A stretch of DNA of 64,000 bases from Antedon mediterranea (taxonomy: Eukaryota > Animalia > Echinodermata): assembly GCF_964355755.1 (NCBI RefSeq), contig NC_092678.1, positions 23,577,365 to 23,641,364 on the forward strand. The letters run 5' to 3'. The notes under the pieces were generated by a model. The model was not told the origin of the DNA, did no database searches, and was given only the letters and a program-made list of their open reading frames with translations. Below are positions 50,050 to 62,734 of the stretch, one piece after another. The position numbers and the translations under genes are program-made. Every line of letters begins with the position of its first letter. Position 1 is the stretch's first letter.

Positions 50050-53000
50050 TAAGCCGTCGTCGGTATCACGGGAACTTAAACCATATTTCTAACCAGCGCA
50101 TCAGTACGTAAATTTATATAATTTCAGAGGGGGTATCTCGTGTCATAAATTTACAATCATTGAAGTTACTATTGACCCAGTGTATTAAGCACTGTATTAA
50201 CAATATTGACGGGGTATCATGGCTCTGTGGGCCTGTTTATGCCTACAACCAATTACCAAAACATTATATAACTGCAGCAAAAATAGCGCAAATCTCACAT
50301 GATGAATTTGCCCAGTTTGAAGGCGAAGGCCTACAGTAAATATACTTATGTATATGCCCACTCCTTCAAGTAAACCGTGGAGGAAATTTGATTATTCAAA
50401 TATGACACGCTGTACGGGCCGGGGTCATGCAATTGCTAAGGCATCCTAACCCCTCTAATCTCCAAAGACAATTGTAAATGTAGCATAAAAACTGTTGGAT
50501 TCAAATAAGTTTGTATCAACACTTTGTGGTCAATTGTTGTTAGTATCATATAGTATATTGTGATTGCAAAAATATATATTTTTTTGATAACCAGAGGAAG
50601 TCGTTGCTTGTATGATTTTCAAAATAAACGCGCATTTTTTATGGTTTTCAATTCGTTCGACAGCTCGTGAACATTTAGCTAACAATCGGCAACAAGTCGC
50701 CAGTCTTCCTTCTTTATTAACATGTTAAACTATCATTTCTGTCAATCATTTGAAGAAATTGTTTTTAGAGTTAAGTATGAACTCATCAGCTATTCTATCA
50801 ACTGCTAAAAAATGTAAGATTAACTTATGAAGGATTAGTTATATACTTAAGTATTAGATTAGGTTTTAAAACTCAATAATACTTGGAAACTGAATAAGTA
50901 GAGCCAGCACATTATGGGCCTATACATATCATCCATGGGGGGAAATATCATTTCTGTCAGTTTATACGAAGTATATGTATAATGTTGAATATTGTATGGT
51001 TTGTTGTGACTGAGTAATACTAAATCATTACTACTAAAATGCACACATGTACATAATAATTAAATTGTAGCCTATTCTGCACGTCTCCATACATATTTTG
51101 AAACCCCTCCCCCATCGAATTAGGAATAGTAGACAATCGTTATATTAGGCGTTGTCGTTTTAATTTTTGAAGTTCTAAACTTAACTTACTTACCTGTAGA
51201 TATGATGTTAATTATAATATATTCCACTAATAAGTGAGTAGTCCAAACTACACGTATATTGTAGATGTAATAGGTTTTAGTCCACAAAAACAAGTTGGCA
51301 CGAAAGCGTAATATCCCCGAAATTGCACCTTGTCAGACACGTATGCACACACGTTTAAATTGAGGCTTTTGTGAGGTGAATGATTAGACAAATAGACGTT
51401 TGATTTGTCAATATACTCGCATCCCCCAACAGCAGTATATATCAACAGTTTCAGCTTCAGTGTCCAAAGTTATGTTGAGTACCGCAGCATGACTTTAAAA
51501 CGCATCGGTATCGTCCAGGTTAAAATTGGTAGCGGCCTACTTCCTAGTGGTAAAGAAACAAGAGCCAAATTAATAAGTACTCTAAATACAACAAATTGGA
51601 GTAAGATGAGACGAGGGCCATGGAAATTGGAAGGTTCAATAACCATACGCACCGTGCTATTACTTTATTATTTTTAATTGAGAACACACAGCCTTACGCA
51701 TCAGTAGTCTCAATAACACAAGTTTTTTTAAAACGAAATTGCAGTTAAACGCCACCAATGTGTTATAACATTTTGGTAATTAAGACATTTATATGTTTAG
51801 AATTTATAGAGGAGATAATGATTAAGTATCACAACAACATATCTATAATACGAATACTTACGTAACTGGAAGTAAATTAAAAAGCACGAAAGCGAGTAAG
51901 TCCAGAGCTGTGGAGTGAGGTGGAAGCTAGCTGCTGTCAAGTGTTACGATTACTGTCGTCTGCCTCGGTAAGACGCGCGTGTCTGTTGCTTGGCTCTGAT
52001 TGGTCACAAGATATTCAATGAGGAGGGACATTCTGAAGTATCAATGGAACGACCCTTGTATATTACGTCATCGAAACATTTCTTTTACATGACAATAGTT
52101 GAAGCCGTTTCATACTTATTTTTGTATGCAATTTGATGGGATAGAAATGATTAGGGGGTGGGGGATTGTGCGGGTGATGGGTCATGCGAATGTAAATAAG
52201 CAGCCGCTTATTACCTCTATAAACGGTTGACGTACCGTACGAGAATCGGGTGCTTAAAATACATCATTACACTGCCTCTAAATACCATTGTGAGTACCGT
52301 TTCATTAACCCCCACCCCCCTTTTTTATGTTGATTTCTTTATAATGTTCTAATCTGTTAACAAATCCAAAGCATCTATAAATGTGAACAAAGATGATTTT
52401 GTATATCCGTTTGACAACAAGGCAAGGAAGGAGGCATAAGTTATCTACGATATTAACGCCTGGGGACTGATGTCACCTGACATCTGAATTCATGCTGAAA
52501 GTAAATAACTATTTACATTAACGTGAAAAAAACTAGAAAAACAAAGAAATACAATTGTAATTTATGTTTACATTTTTACAACATCGGGAAGAAACATTCT
52601 TTGCTTAAAAAGTACGATAATAATTGCACGGCTTTTCTACGCGCGCGTCTTTGTAGTGTTGTCCTCTTTAGTGTAAGTTGAGTGCAGTTGAAATTAATAT
52701 TATTATGTGCATTTTAGAGAAAGTGTTATAACTTTTTACTAATTTGTTTTTTTTATATTTCAGGCTGATGTAACATCAAAGTGAGAACCAGTACACGACA
52801 GAAATAATGTACGTCCCATTGGGTCGGGTGTATTTATAAAGTCAAGATGTATTAAGAGGATCACATAGTAATGATATTATATACTGTTACGACTAACGTG
52901 TCGAGTTTGCACAATAATAAACACTACTTCACCCTGCAGAGATCCAATATTAACCGTAGGCTTATTTCCAGAAAAAATAAACAGTAAAATCAACCGATAT

Positions 53001-54057
53001 TGTACGCCATCAGATGATTTTGGTCAATTAATCAATTTATTTTCATTTTTCTAAAAAAAATGTTCATATTTGATTTAATTAGAGAATTATGCACACACAT
53101 TGCTATATTTTTGTTTGCGCTAAGGGAAATGTCGACCTCAAAATCAGCAAAATATTCCGAAATTTCACCCCGAAAATCCCTGGGGTGAAATAATTTCCAC
53201 CATCTAAGATTTTGATGAGTACAGAATTCTATGATGGTGCTCTATCAATTTCTTGACTCTGGGATTTCTAAAACAATCAGGAAAATATGCCGATAAATCC
53301 CTGAATTATATGTAGAAATATGTTCATATATAGATAGATATGATGATCCTGAATAAATATATGCAAAAATATTCCCACATATGTGCGCAGAAGTGCAAAA
53401 ATATAGCACTTCTAATAGGACAAATTAGTTGAAGCAAAATAAATGAAGTTAGTGGTAATGGATAATATATAAAATGGCCGTTCGTTAAAAACACAACACA
53501 CACTCAAACCTTGCAAACAAATATGCCGCACAATTAAAATAGTTGCATATATTAGCGAAGGATCCAATGAAATCGTTAACAATTCAGTTTTTGAATAGCT
53601 GCGTGACGTACGTGCACCCGTACGTGCACCTGTACGTCATTCACCGGTCTAGCGGAACGGGGTTTCCAGTGTGGGTAAGTAACAGGACATCATTTTGTAC
53701 ATTTAGATAAATTATATTAATCTAAATAATCCACTTTTTAATTTTAATAGTCTATATTCACTCCCTGAATTAAGAATATATTGAAGCCTCTACCACCTCT
53801 ATTACTAATAGTCTACACTACCAGTAGCTAGGCCTATTGCTTGTTTTGGAATTCACTCTGTTTGGTCTCCCCCCGTCGTCGTCGGCGGTTATCTTTGAGA
53901 TCTTAGCCTAAGCCAACAAGGACACGTTTCCCAATACAATTCCAGTTATTTGATATCTTATTATAAAAGTTGTATATCGAATGAAATGGTGGAAATGTAG
54001 TCACCATTTTGACCACCATTTAATCCAAGAGGCGAATAATTATCAATTTCCGATTTA

Positions 54058-54166
54058 CTACATTATCAAACTAGTTTGACAAATGGTAGTTTTGTAGTGA
54101 TTATCATGGGGTCCATGAGCACATCACATATTTTGTCACATAAAGTTTGATATTGTAGGCAGAACT
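54058..54166 (-). mobile_element. MITE family A, decayed
   Basis: CTACATTATCAAACTAGTTTG..CACATCACAT..GTCACATAAAGTTTGATATTGTAGGCAGAACT. Confidence 0.65.
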
Positions 54167-54399
54167 TTACCAAATTATATGTAGGCCTATTTAAACATTA
54201 TTTAGATTTTAAGTAAATCCATTTTTCCAGTAATTCTTAAGCCACAGTCGCACATGTACGGTACATTAACAATAAATATTCTTTTTAAGGGTAATCAATG
54301 TATTTTTGTCTTTCCAGAGATTGAAGATAATTTTTTTTTCTTTAGCAAATTTAGATTTTGTAACTTGAAAACTAAAAATATAAACGCAGCATGACTTGA

Positions 54400-54619
54400 A
54401 TGGCTTCCGTACCCTTTTAGAGTTTCCAATCATTTAGTTCACATTACCATAACCTACAAAGTAATAGCCGGCCTAACTTTCATCAATCATGACGTCATCT
54501 AATAATATTGGTTTGTTTTTCAGGTTCAGAAGAGGTGCACCGCGCGCGTTCATTCTTTTTATTCACATTTTTACATAATATAATAATTATTAACAAACTC
54601 AGAGGGGTACGGAAGCCAT
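54400..54619. mobile_element. probable MITE with ~25-bp inverted ends
   Basis: ATGGCTTCCGTACCCTTTTAGAGTTT ... AAACTCAGAGGGGTACGGAAGCCAT. The superfamily is not clear. Confidence 0.55.
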
Positions 54620-54878
54620 CAATATAAATAAATGATCATTTTTTAGCGTAAATTGAAAAAATATTAACCTGCTACATTGAATGATTATATTATTCTTGTT
54701 TGTGAATGATTATCAACGTAGTCTACGTAATCATACGTCATCGTAGTCTACGTCATCGTAGTCTACTAAAACACGATAATGTCGAGGAAAGGTATTTATG
54801 TTTTATCGATTTTACGTGATTTTCTTTTAATACCTTTCGATTTGAATAACTATTATAAAAACGCATTCATAAAGTTAG

Positions 54879-57800
54879 TATTGCGTTACCTTACTGGCAG
54901 GTCTATTTATTAGTCGCTTGCAACGTGACTCAACAGCTCACTGTCGGTCGGTCGGTAAACACTAACCTGAGCACGGGACTGCAGCCATGTATATGGCCTT
55001 GTATTAATAACTGGTAACCGTTTGAAATAAACATAACTGGACCATACAAATATTATTTACATTTAATGACGAAATTTTACGTAGGCCTAAATCCAAATGC
55101 AAATAAAATAAAATTCTATTTCTTAATTTCAAACCCCAAAATTCTATTTCTTAATTTCAAACCCAAATCAGTTATCATAATAATGTTATTCTTTTTTCAG
55201 GTTAATCAAATATATTTTTATTATTTCAGATAATGGAGTTTTTCTATTTTTCTTTTGGAGATTTTCTTTTTATATTTGTCAATAAATAACTTAGTATTGG
55301 TTACCTTACTTGTAGGCCTATTTATTTTAATAACTGGTATCCGTTTAAAAGAAACATGGGCCTAACTGTACCCATTTTTGTTGATTAATATAAATAATAT
55401 TTTGATGGCGAAATTTTACGTTGGCCTAAATCTATTTTACGATGGACTAATGTCCAACCCCAACCAGTTATCATAATGTGCAACTAACAATATTTTTTTC
55501 AGGTTAATCAAATGTATTTTTATCTTTTCAGAAATTTGAATTTTTCTTTTGGAGATTTTCTTTTTATACCTTTAAATAAATAACTTATAAAAATGCAATT
55601 ATAAATTGTCTTAGTATTGGTTACCTTACTTGTAGGCCTATTTATTTTAATCTGGTAACCGTTTAAAAGAAACATAACTGGACCCATTTTGATTGTACCA
55701 TAAAAATATTATTTCCATTTACGTAGGAATTAATTCTATGTCGTAATTTCCAACCCCAACCAGTTCCCATAAATGTGCAACTAACAAAATTTATTCTTTT
55801 TCAGGTTAATCAGATGTATTTTTACCTTTTCAGAGATTGGAGTTTTGCTTTTGGAGATTTTATTTTTTTATCTTTTAATAAATAACTGATAAAAACGCTA
55901 TTATAAATTTACAATTCTCATGTAGTATCTGTTACCTTACTAGTAGGCCTCTAGTTTTTCTATTTTTCTTTTGGAGATTTTCTTTTTATATTTTTCAATA
56001 AATAACTTAGTATTGGCTACCTTACTTGTAGGCCTCTTTATTTTATTAATCGGTAACCATTTAAAAGAAATGTAACTGGACCCACCTAACAATATTCTTT
56101 TTCAGGTTAATCAAATGTATTTTTATCTTTTCAGAGATTGGAGTTTTTCTATTTTTCTTTTGGAGATTTTCTTTTTATATTTTTCAATAAATAACTTAGT
56201 ATTGGTTACCTTACTTGTAGGCCTCTTTATTTTAATAAACGGTAACCGTTTAAAAGAAACATAACTGGACCCATTTTGATTGTACCATCTATATATTATT
56301 TCCATTTAAGTAGGCCTAAATTAATTTAATGATGGTGCAAATAAAATAATTCTATTTCATAATTACCAACACGGCCAGTTATCATGTCCAACTAATAATA
56401 TTTATTCTTTTTCAGGTTAATCAAATGTATTTTTATCTTTGCAGAGATTGGAGTTTTTCTATTTTTCTTTTGGAGATTTTCTTTTCATACATTTAAATAA
56501 ATAACTTATAAACACACAATTATAAATTCTCATATAGTATTGGTTACCTTACTAGGTCTAATTATTTTAACCATTTAAAAACAAAACATAACTGGCATGG
56601 ACCCATTTCGATTGTACCATAAACATATTATTTCCATTTACGTAGAAATTAATTATTTCCAACCCCAACCAGTTCCGATAAATGTGCAACTAACAATATT
56701 TATTCTTTTTCATGTTAATCAAATGTATTTCTATCTTTTCAGAGATTGGAGTTTTGCTTTTAGAGATTTTCTTTTTATACCTTTAAATAAACTTATAAAA
56801 ATACAATTATAAATGTTCATAGTATTGGTTACCTTAGTTGTAGGCCTATTTATTTTAATCTGGTAACCGTTTAAAAGAAACGTAACTGGACCCATTTTGA
56901 TTGTACCATAAAAATAGAAATTATACCTAGGCCTAAATCAATTTGATGATGATGCAAATAAAATTAATTATATTTCATAATTTCCAACCCAAACCAGTTA
57001 TCATAATGTGCGACTAACAATATTTATTCTTTTCAGGTTAATCAAATATATTTTTATCTTTTTAGAGATTGGAGTTTTTCTATTTCCTTTCAGAGATTTC
57101 CTTGTTTTACCTTTAAATAACTTAGTATTGGTTACCTTACTTGTAGGCCTATTTATTTTAATAACTGGTAACCGTTAAAAAGAAACATAATTGAACCCAC
57201 CTAACAATATTCTTTTTCAGGTTAATCAGATGTATTTTTATCTTTTCAGAGATTGGATTTTACTTTCGGAGATTTTCTTTTTTTATCTTTCAATAAATAA
57301 CTTATAAAAACGCTATTATAAATTTACAATTCTCATAATAGTATTGGTTACCTTACTTGTAGGCCTATTTTAATAAACCTTAACCGTTTTAAAGAAACGT
57401 AACTTGACCCATTTTGATTGTACCATAACAAATTTCCATTTACGTAGAAATTCTACGTAGGCCTAAATCAATTTGATGATGGTGCAAATAAAATTAATTA
57501 TATTTCATAATTTCCAACCCAAACCAGTTATCATAATGTGCGACTAACAATATTTATTCTTTTCAGGTTAATCAAATATATTTTTATCTTTTTAGAGATT
57601 GGAGTTTTTCTATTTTTTTTTGTTGAGATTTCCTTTTTTTATCTTTCAATGAATAACTATAAAAACGCTATTATAAATGTATTGGTTACCTTATTTGTAG
57701 GCTCTTTATTTTAATAAACGGCAACCGTTTAAAAGAAACATAACTGGACCCATTTTGATTGTAACATAAAAATATAATTTCCATTCATATTTCAATAAAT

Positions 57801-57940
57801 AACTTAGTATTTATTTTAATAACTGGTAACCGTTTAAAAAGAAGTTTTGATTGTTTCATATATCGATTTAAGTGACGAAATGTTACGTATGCCTAAATAG
57901 ATAATCAAATGTATTTTTATCTTTTCAGAGATTGAGATAT
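54879..57940. repeat. complex modular satellite, ~11 variable units of ~85-400 bp
   Basis: The anchor GTATTGGTTACCTTACTTGTAGGCCT recurs at about 54879, 55294, 55615, 55925, 56010, 56199, 56537, 56822, 57125, 57341 and 57679. Confidence 0.92.
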
Positions 57941-58494
57941 TTTTTGTACCAATAGAATTTAACGTTTCCACGTAAATCCATTATATCATAAGTAGGTACG
58001 TCTTACTAAAACATTTACTATCTTGCAAACTAAGACAATATAAAATTACTGTAATAATCTTTGTTTTGTTTAGATTGGTACAATTAAAAATCCCTGTATT
58101 CTAATTTTATTTTTTACAGATCAACAACAGATTACGTCATCAGATTATGCCAATACTATATACTTGTTTATATACTTATTTCTAACCTCAATAGTGACGG
58201 AAGCCTCTAACTAAATTAAAAAATCTAAGCAATATTTAAAATATAATTTTCAGAATTTCTTTTGTTTTTTTCTAGACTGAAAAATTAACGTAGTGTGTAT
58301 GCCATCGTTGTATAAAAACTGTATCAAATACATCACGTAAATGTAAGTAAGACCAACAATGTAGAGTCCATTTTTATAATAAACAATTTTGTTTTTAATG
58401 TTTTGAGACATTTGTGATTTACAATACATAGGATATGTGGACATATAATTGCTGTATTTTATTATATATTTTTATAGATTAAAAACTTGGACAC

Positions 58495-58762
58495 GGCGCG
58501 ACAAGAACCGAACAACGGCGCGACAAGAACCGAACAACGGCGCGACAAGAACCGAACAACGCCGCGACAAGAACCGAACAACGGCCGCGACAAGAACTGA
58601 ACAACGGCGCGACAAGAACCGAACAACGCCGCGACAAGAACCGAACAACGGCCGCGACAAGAACTGAACAACGGCGCGACAAGAACCGAACAACGGCGCG
58701 ACAAGAACCGAACAACGGCGCGACAAGAACCGAACAACGGCGCGACAAGAACCGGACAACGG
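58495..58762. repeat. 22-bp GC-rich minisatellite, ~12 copies
   Basis: Head-to-tail GGCGCGACAAGAACCGAACAAC with no spacers. Confidence 0.95.
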
Positions 58763-59057
58763 CGGAAAAAGTACGAAACAGCATTGGTGGTCAACGAGGC
58801 AGACGATGACAAATATATTGTGTTCTAATTTTGCAATTATGATAAAATAAAAATATATCTTATTTTAATCGAAGTAAACACTTTAAAATGTCCATAATTC
58901 ATCAATACAAATATACTAACTTGCTTAACCATTTTTTTCTCCTCCATTTTTTCTAATTCACTAATTCATTTGTACTACTTGTTATTGTTGGCTTTCATGT
59001 AATGGTATCCCTCTTCTTATTTTACATTCCTCTCCATATCACCTTTCTTAGCTTGTG

Positions 59058-59260
59058 GGTAAGGTATGTAAGTAGGCTAGATATGTAAATAAGTCCTATG
59101 TATGCAAGTTTAAGTAAGTCCAGGTATGTAAGTGTAAGTAAGAAAGTAAGTCCAGGTAGGTAGGTCATGTATGTAAGAAGATCATGTATGTAAGTAGATC
59201 ATATATGTAAGTCCTATGTAAGTAAGTCCAGGTATGTTAGTAGGCCAGGTAAAGTAGGAG
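59058..59260. repeat. degenerate (GTAA/GTAT/GTAG)n simple repeat
   Basis: Recurring GTATGTAAGTAAGTCCAG-like motifs. Confidence 0.75.
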
Positions 59261-59854
59261 AGAATACCATTACATGTCCGCTTATTGTTTAAACCTGTGT
59301 GTTACCAGCTAATTTTTTACTATCATTTCACTTTATATCTTCTTCATATTAACAGCACTGGTAATATTGATAACTATTATAATACCTATCATAACTATTG
59401 TCTATTGATCAGGGAAACTACACATCAATATATTTGTACTTGTTGATTGATATTAATTAATATTATCCAATATCATTATGAATACTTTATGCCTATTGCT
59501 GTTTTTATTTTTTAATAAATGTTGACTGCAAGGTTTGCTCAAAAATTGATTTATAAATCAACGTTGTAAAATCACAATATTATTATCATTATTTCATATT
59601 TGTAAATTATTTTAATAAAAAATATCCAGTGTGAATGTCTGGTAAAAGTTGTCCATTTGTTTAGAACCCAAATGATTTCATATTATAATTAAAAAACAAT
59701 TTTAAAAAGTGTATAAGTAGGCCTACATAATTATTGTACGGCCGGTTTGTTTTATTGTATGTACCTCAATTTACCTCCACGTAATATCACATTACATTTA
59801 TTACTACAGATAGTAGAGTAATTCCAGAAACTGAAAAGAGTGGTAAATTAAAAT

Positions 59855-60100
59855 ATAAGAGCCCTTTTAGTATACAACACCTAATACAATGTTTCTATGT
59901 GCTTTACACAAACAAAAATGATCCATAAAATATCCTAAAATAACGACAAAAAAAGGAAGTAAAACAGAGCACTTTGAAGCTCGCCGAAACAAGTATTCAG
60001 ATTCAAAAAGAAGGAAGGAGATGTTGCTTAACCACTAACAAATCGATTGATGGTTGCCTCTTTAATTATTATTCCAAAGACGAGCAGATGAAAAGATATG
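59855..60100 (-). mobile_element. possible highly decayed L2-like LINE 3' end
   Basis: On the minus strand there are RLWN and YLFRRA-like remnants, then a TGTAAAGCACATAGAAAC..AAGGGCTCTTATAT tail. Confidence 0.25.
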
Positions 60101-61194
60101 TTGCCATAGAAGATTAAACTTCAATATAAAAGAAAATAATAATAATACCGTACATTCTAATAACTCGTTCATAAACACTTGCTAACGTCAATAAAATAAT
60201 TCATCTTTTATTGATGTGTTTTAAATGCTATATATATATAGTGAGTCTGTAAGAATTGAATTGTGGTTTTTATATTTTCTTTCATCATCAAAATCATTTA
60301 AATCAATGTATCAATCCAAAATATTATTTAAATTATTTAAAGAATATTACAGATAATCATCGACATTATTCACGTATTCATACACTTATTTTCATTTCGT
60401 TTATTTTCCACTCTTCAAATGAACTTATTTGATTGATTATTTTAAAATGTAAACATCAATTAAGTTTTAAAATTAATTAATATCAAGATAAAATAATCAT
60501 AAATTAAAAGTTCGGAAGCTTGTTATGTCTTCACAATGAGGCATTCATTCTATTTAAAATGATTAATTGAACGTTTATTTACAGATTATTTTTTCGACGA
60601 AGTAACTAATCTAATGTATATTTATGTCTAAATGATGTGATGTTTAACTATAATTTAATATCGTTATTGTCGTTATATTACTTTAGTAGTTAATACAAAT
60701 TAAAATAATCCGTCTTTCTGTAGCCTAATCATGATATTATAATCACTCTAAATCAAACGCTACAGACAACCGCTTGTACATAATTCTATTCTTTTAAAAT
60801 TACTGGTTACGATGCTTTATTATTATGTTAAATTCAATCTATTACAAATTAATTTTTCCCTATGTTGTTTAAGTGAAAATAAATATCGCTCCCGTGCTTT
60901 CTGTGTATAGGCCTAATCAATTACGGTAAAATTAAATTCTGAATGTATATTTTATTTATACAAGTCTACTAAACAGTTAACACTATTTATTTTATATTTA
61001 AAAATGATAAAGTATTCACAATTTGAGTTTATATTTTTCCATGTTTTACCATTTACATGGTGATTTAAATCCATGTGCGTTTCGACGCCTGTCCGATTAA
61101 AATCGCGCGCTTCCATCATCACCAAGTCCATCTCGTCAGGTACCAGCACAGCTCTCGAACCACCAACCAAAACATAAACATCAATCGTTACTGA

Positions 61195-61495
61195 AACTTT
61201 ATTTGACGAATTTTGCCTTCCATAATACTAAATCAAAACTTTATTTGACGAATTGTGCCTTCCATAATACTGAATCAATACCTTATTTGACGAATTTTGC
61301 CTTCCATAATACTGAATCAATACATTATTTGACGAATTTTGCCTTCCATAATACTAAATCAAAACTTTGTTTGACGAATTTTGCCTTCCATAATACTGAA
61401 TCAATACCTTGTTTTGAAGAATTTTGCCTTCCATAATACTGAATCAATACTTTATTTGACGAATTGTGCCTTCCATAATACTGAATCAAAACTAT
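61195..61495. repeat. 42-bp minisatellite, ~7 copies
   Basis: Unit TTATTTGACGAATTTTGCCTTCCATAATACT(A/G)AATCAA(A/T)AC(T/C). Confidence 0.95.
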
Positions 61496-62734
61496 TTTAA
61501 CCATCTCAAGTTTGTAAAAAAAAAACAAATTTGAGTAAAATAATCTTTTTAAAATGTTTCAAATGTTAGAATTAAGTATAAATTAAATTAAATATTTTCC
61601 GTTTCAGTGATATTGTACAAAAAATGAATCTTGCATCTTGAAGTGAAATCCAAGAATCCGATACAAAATGAAAAAAAGCCCAATACATATTTTGTTATTT
61701 ATAAGTTACAAATAACATCGAAGTCGAGTCAAAAACAAAATAATGTTTTGCGGAGATAAGAAAATGATTCCGTTTATTTTACCTCTCAATTACTGTTTTT
61801 ACCGAAAGATAAGATCTTTTGTTTGTTTTGAATTTGTGTGTTTAGTTTCTATTATTGAAAGAGTTAATTGTAATTTCAGCAGTCTGATCGACCGGCCGAC
61901 AAGGGACACAAGGCTGGAATTGAAGCGATATCACATTAATATTACACCGGTAATGATGATCGTAATGGTATAGTATTTTCTGCAGCAGCACATGCATATT
62001 CAAGATTCCCGCGTCACGTCTGGGAATAGCTCATTTAAATATCAATGCATCACTGCACACAATAACAACAAACATGGAATAATATTGGCTCTGCACGTCG
62101 TCGACAACAGAAATTTAAAGACGTTTGCTAGCGTAAAATCTCAGGATGTGAAACAATGATGTTTTAAAGGTAAGCAATAGTTTTAAACAATATAGATTTA
62201 GATGTTATTAATAAAAGTTCAGTAGTTGGCTAGGCCTAGCATTGAGTCAAACTAGCCTCAACTCCTCCCAATAGGAAGCACGTGGTTGATATAGCTTAAT
62301 ATTGGGGTAACATAGGTATAGTCAAACAAATTGGCCTTAATACGGATTTATTTGGAGATTAAACATTGTTTAATTAGACTAACATCTTCTTTAGCAATCT
62401 GTCTTTATTTAAGAAGTTTTTTTAGTAGATGTGTGGATTTAAATTAAATGTCATTAATCAATCAATGTTTAAAGTTTCATATTTCCATAATGCAAAATGG
62501 TTTTTAATTGGTACAGTTAACTTATTGGTACAGGTACAGGTAAATTCGGGCAAGCAACTTAATTACATTGTAGGGTAGAGGGAACTGAATTGGTATGGGT
62601 CACTTAAGCCACGTTATTTGTATTGCACAGGCAATTAACTATTATTATTATAATTATTGTTGGTCACATTGAGGCTAGCATTGTGAATTTTATGTAGACG
62701 GGGCCCTATTATTAATTCGTACACGTAGTGTTAC

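Noticed and set aside
58495-58762. 22-bp repeat array as a CRISPR array or repeat protein (ORFs 58449-58812)
   Set aside because: The units are head-to-tail with no unique spacers, there are no cas genes and the context is eukaryotic. The ORFs appear in several frames only because the unit lacks stop codons.
60952-61190. 72-aa minus-strand ORF with protein-like composition
   Set aside because: I recognise no family and find no partner exons. The only acceptor candidate lies at the edge of the 42-bp repeat. A BLASTX hit would be needed to revive it.
61880-62169. Plus-strand exon-like segment (TTTCAG| ... AAG|GTAAGC)
   Set aside because: All three frames have stops shortly before the donor. 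It could be a non-coding exon, but that cannot be supported without transcripts.
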